From Sphagnum compactum (taxonomy: Eukaryota), in assembly GCA_965153455.1 (NCBI GenBank), contig OZ234493.1:1922001-1986000 (forward strand): a DNA stretch of 64,000 nt. The letters are read 5' to 3'. The position numbers were made by a program, and so were the translations under genes. This document shows, piece after piece, positions 63,773 through 64,000 of this stretch. The first letter of the stretch is position 1, and every line of letters starts with the position of its first letter. A model generated the notes under the pieces. It was not told where the DNA came from. It saw nothing but the letters and a program-made list of their open reading frames with translations, and did no database searches.

Positions 63773-64000
63773 ATGGGGAAGCTGTTGCGGATGGGATCTG
63801 TAAGTTCACTTGTAGCTGTGGCTGCAGTTTGCATTGGATTTTTGTTTGTCATGCCTTTGGTGGCTGAAGGCTGCCCAGTTGCTACGTATTACGAGCCTTG
63901 CCTTTCTGCCGCTCTAAACGGGAATGCTAAGCCGGCCCCTGCGTGCTGCAATATCGTTCGTGAAATGGGTCAAACGTACGCCGGCGCAGAGTGCTTGTGT
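63773..64000 (+). CDS. Non-specific lipid transfer protein / 8-cysteine-motif protein, 5' part (runs off window)
   Basis: Translation MGKLLRMGSVSSLVAVAAVCIGFLFVMPLVAEG-CPVATYYEPCLSAALNGNAKPAPACCNIVREMGQTYAGAECLC gives a signal peptide and the C-X8-C-X14-CC-X14-CLC pattern. It is absent from the ORF track because there is no stop in the window. A TATA-like TATATA lies at about 63595. Confidence 0.85.
   Translation, partial: MGKLLRMGSVSSLVAVAAVCIGFLFVMPLVAEGCPVATYYEPCLSAALNGNAKPAPACCNIVREMGQTYAGAECLC

Overview
This is AT-rich, intron-containing land-plant nuclear DNA. The repeat content and gene structures suggest a non-seed plant such as a peat moss, but that is inference. It holds three complete genes: a two-exon BRI1/BRL-type LRR receptor kinase with a recognisable island domain (10796-14497, +), a five-exon LISCL/SCL14-type GRAS transcription factor (25628-28749, +) and an eight-exon PsbP-domain protein PPD5 (30629-34312, -). 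The 5' part of an 8-Cys lipid-transfer-protein-like gene starts at 63773. A full-length but inactivated chromodomain Ty3/gypsy retrotransposon lies at 42188-49127, with an ATTTG target-site duplication, tRNA-Met PBS and PPT. Several MITE-like elements and four larger tandem arrays are also present. The most striking structure is a pair of ~2.6 kb near-identical inverted repeats (5064-7691 and 18893-21570) enclosing an 11.2 kb segment whose only recognisable gene is the BRI1-like receptor. All identities are estimated by eye and all family assignments rest on remembered motifs, not database searches.
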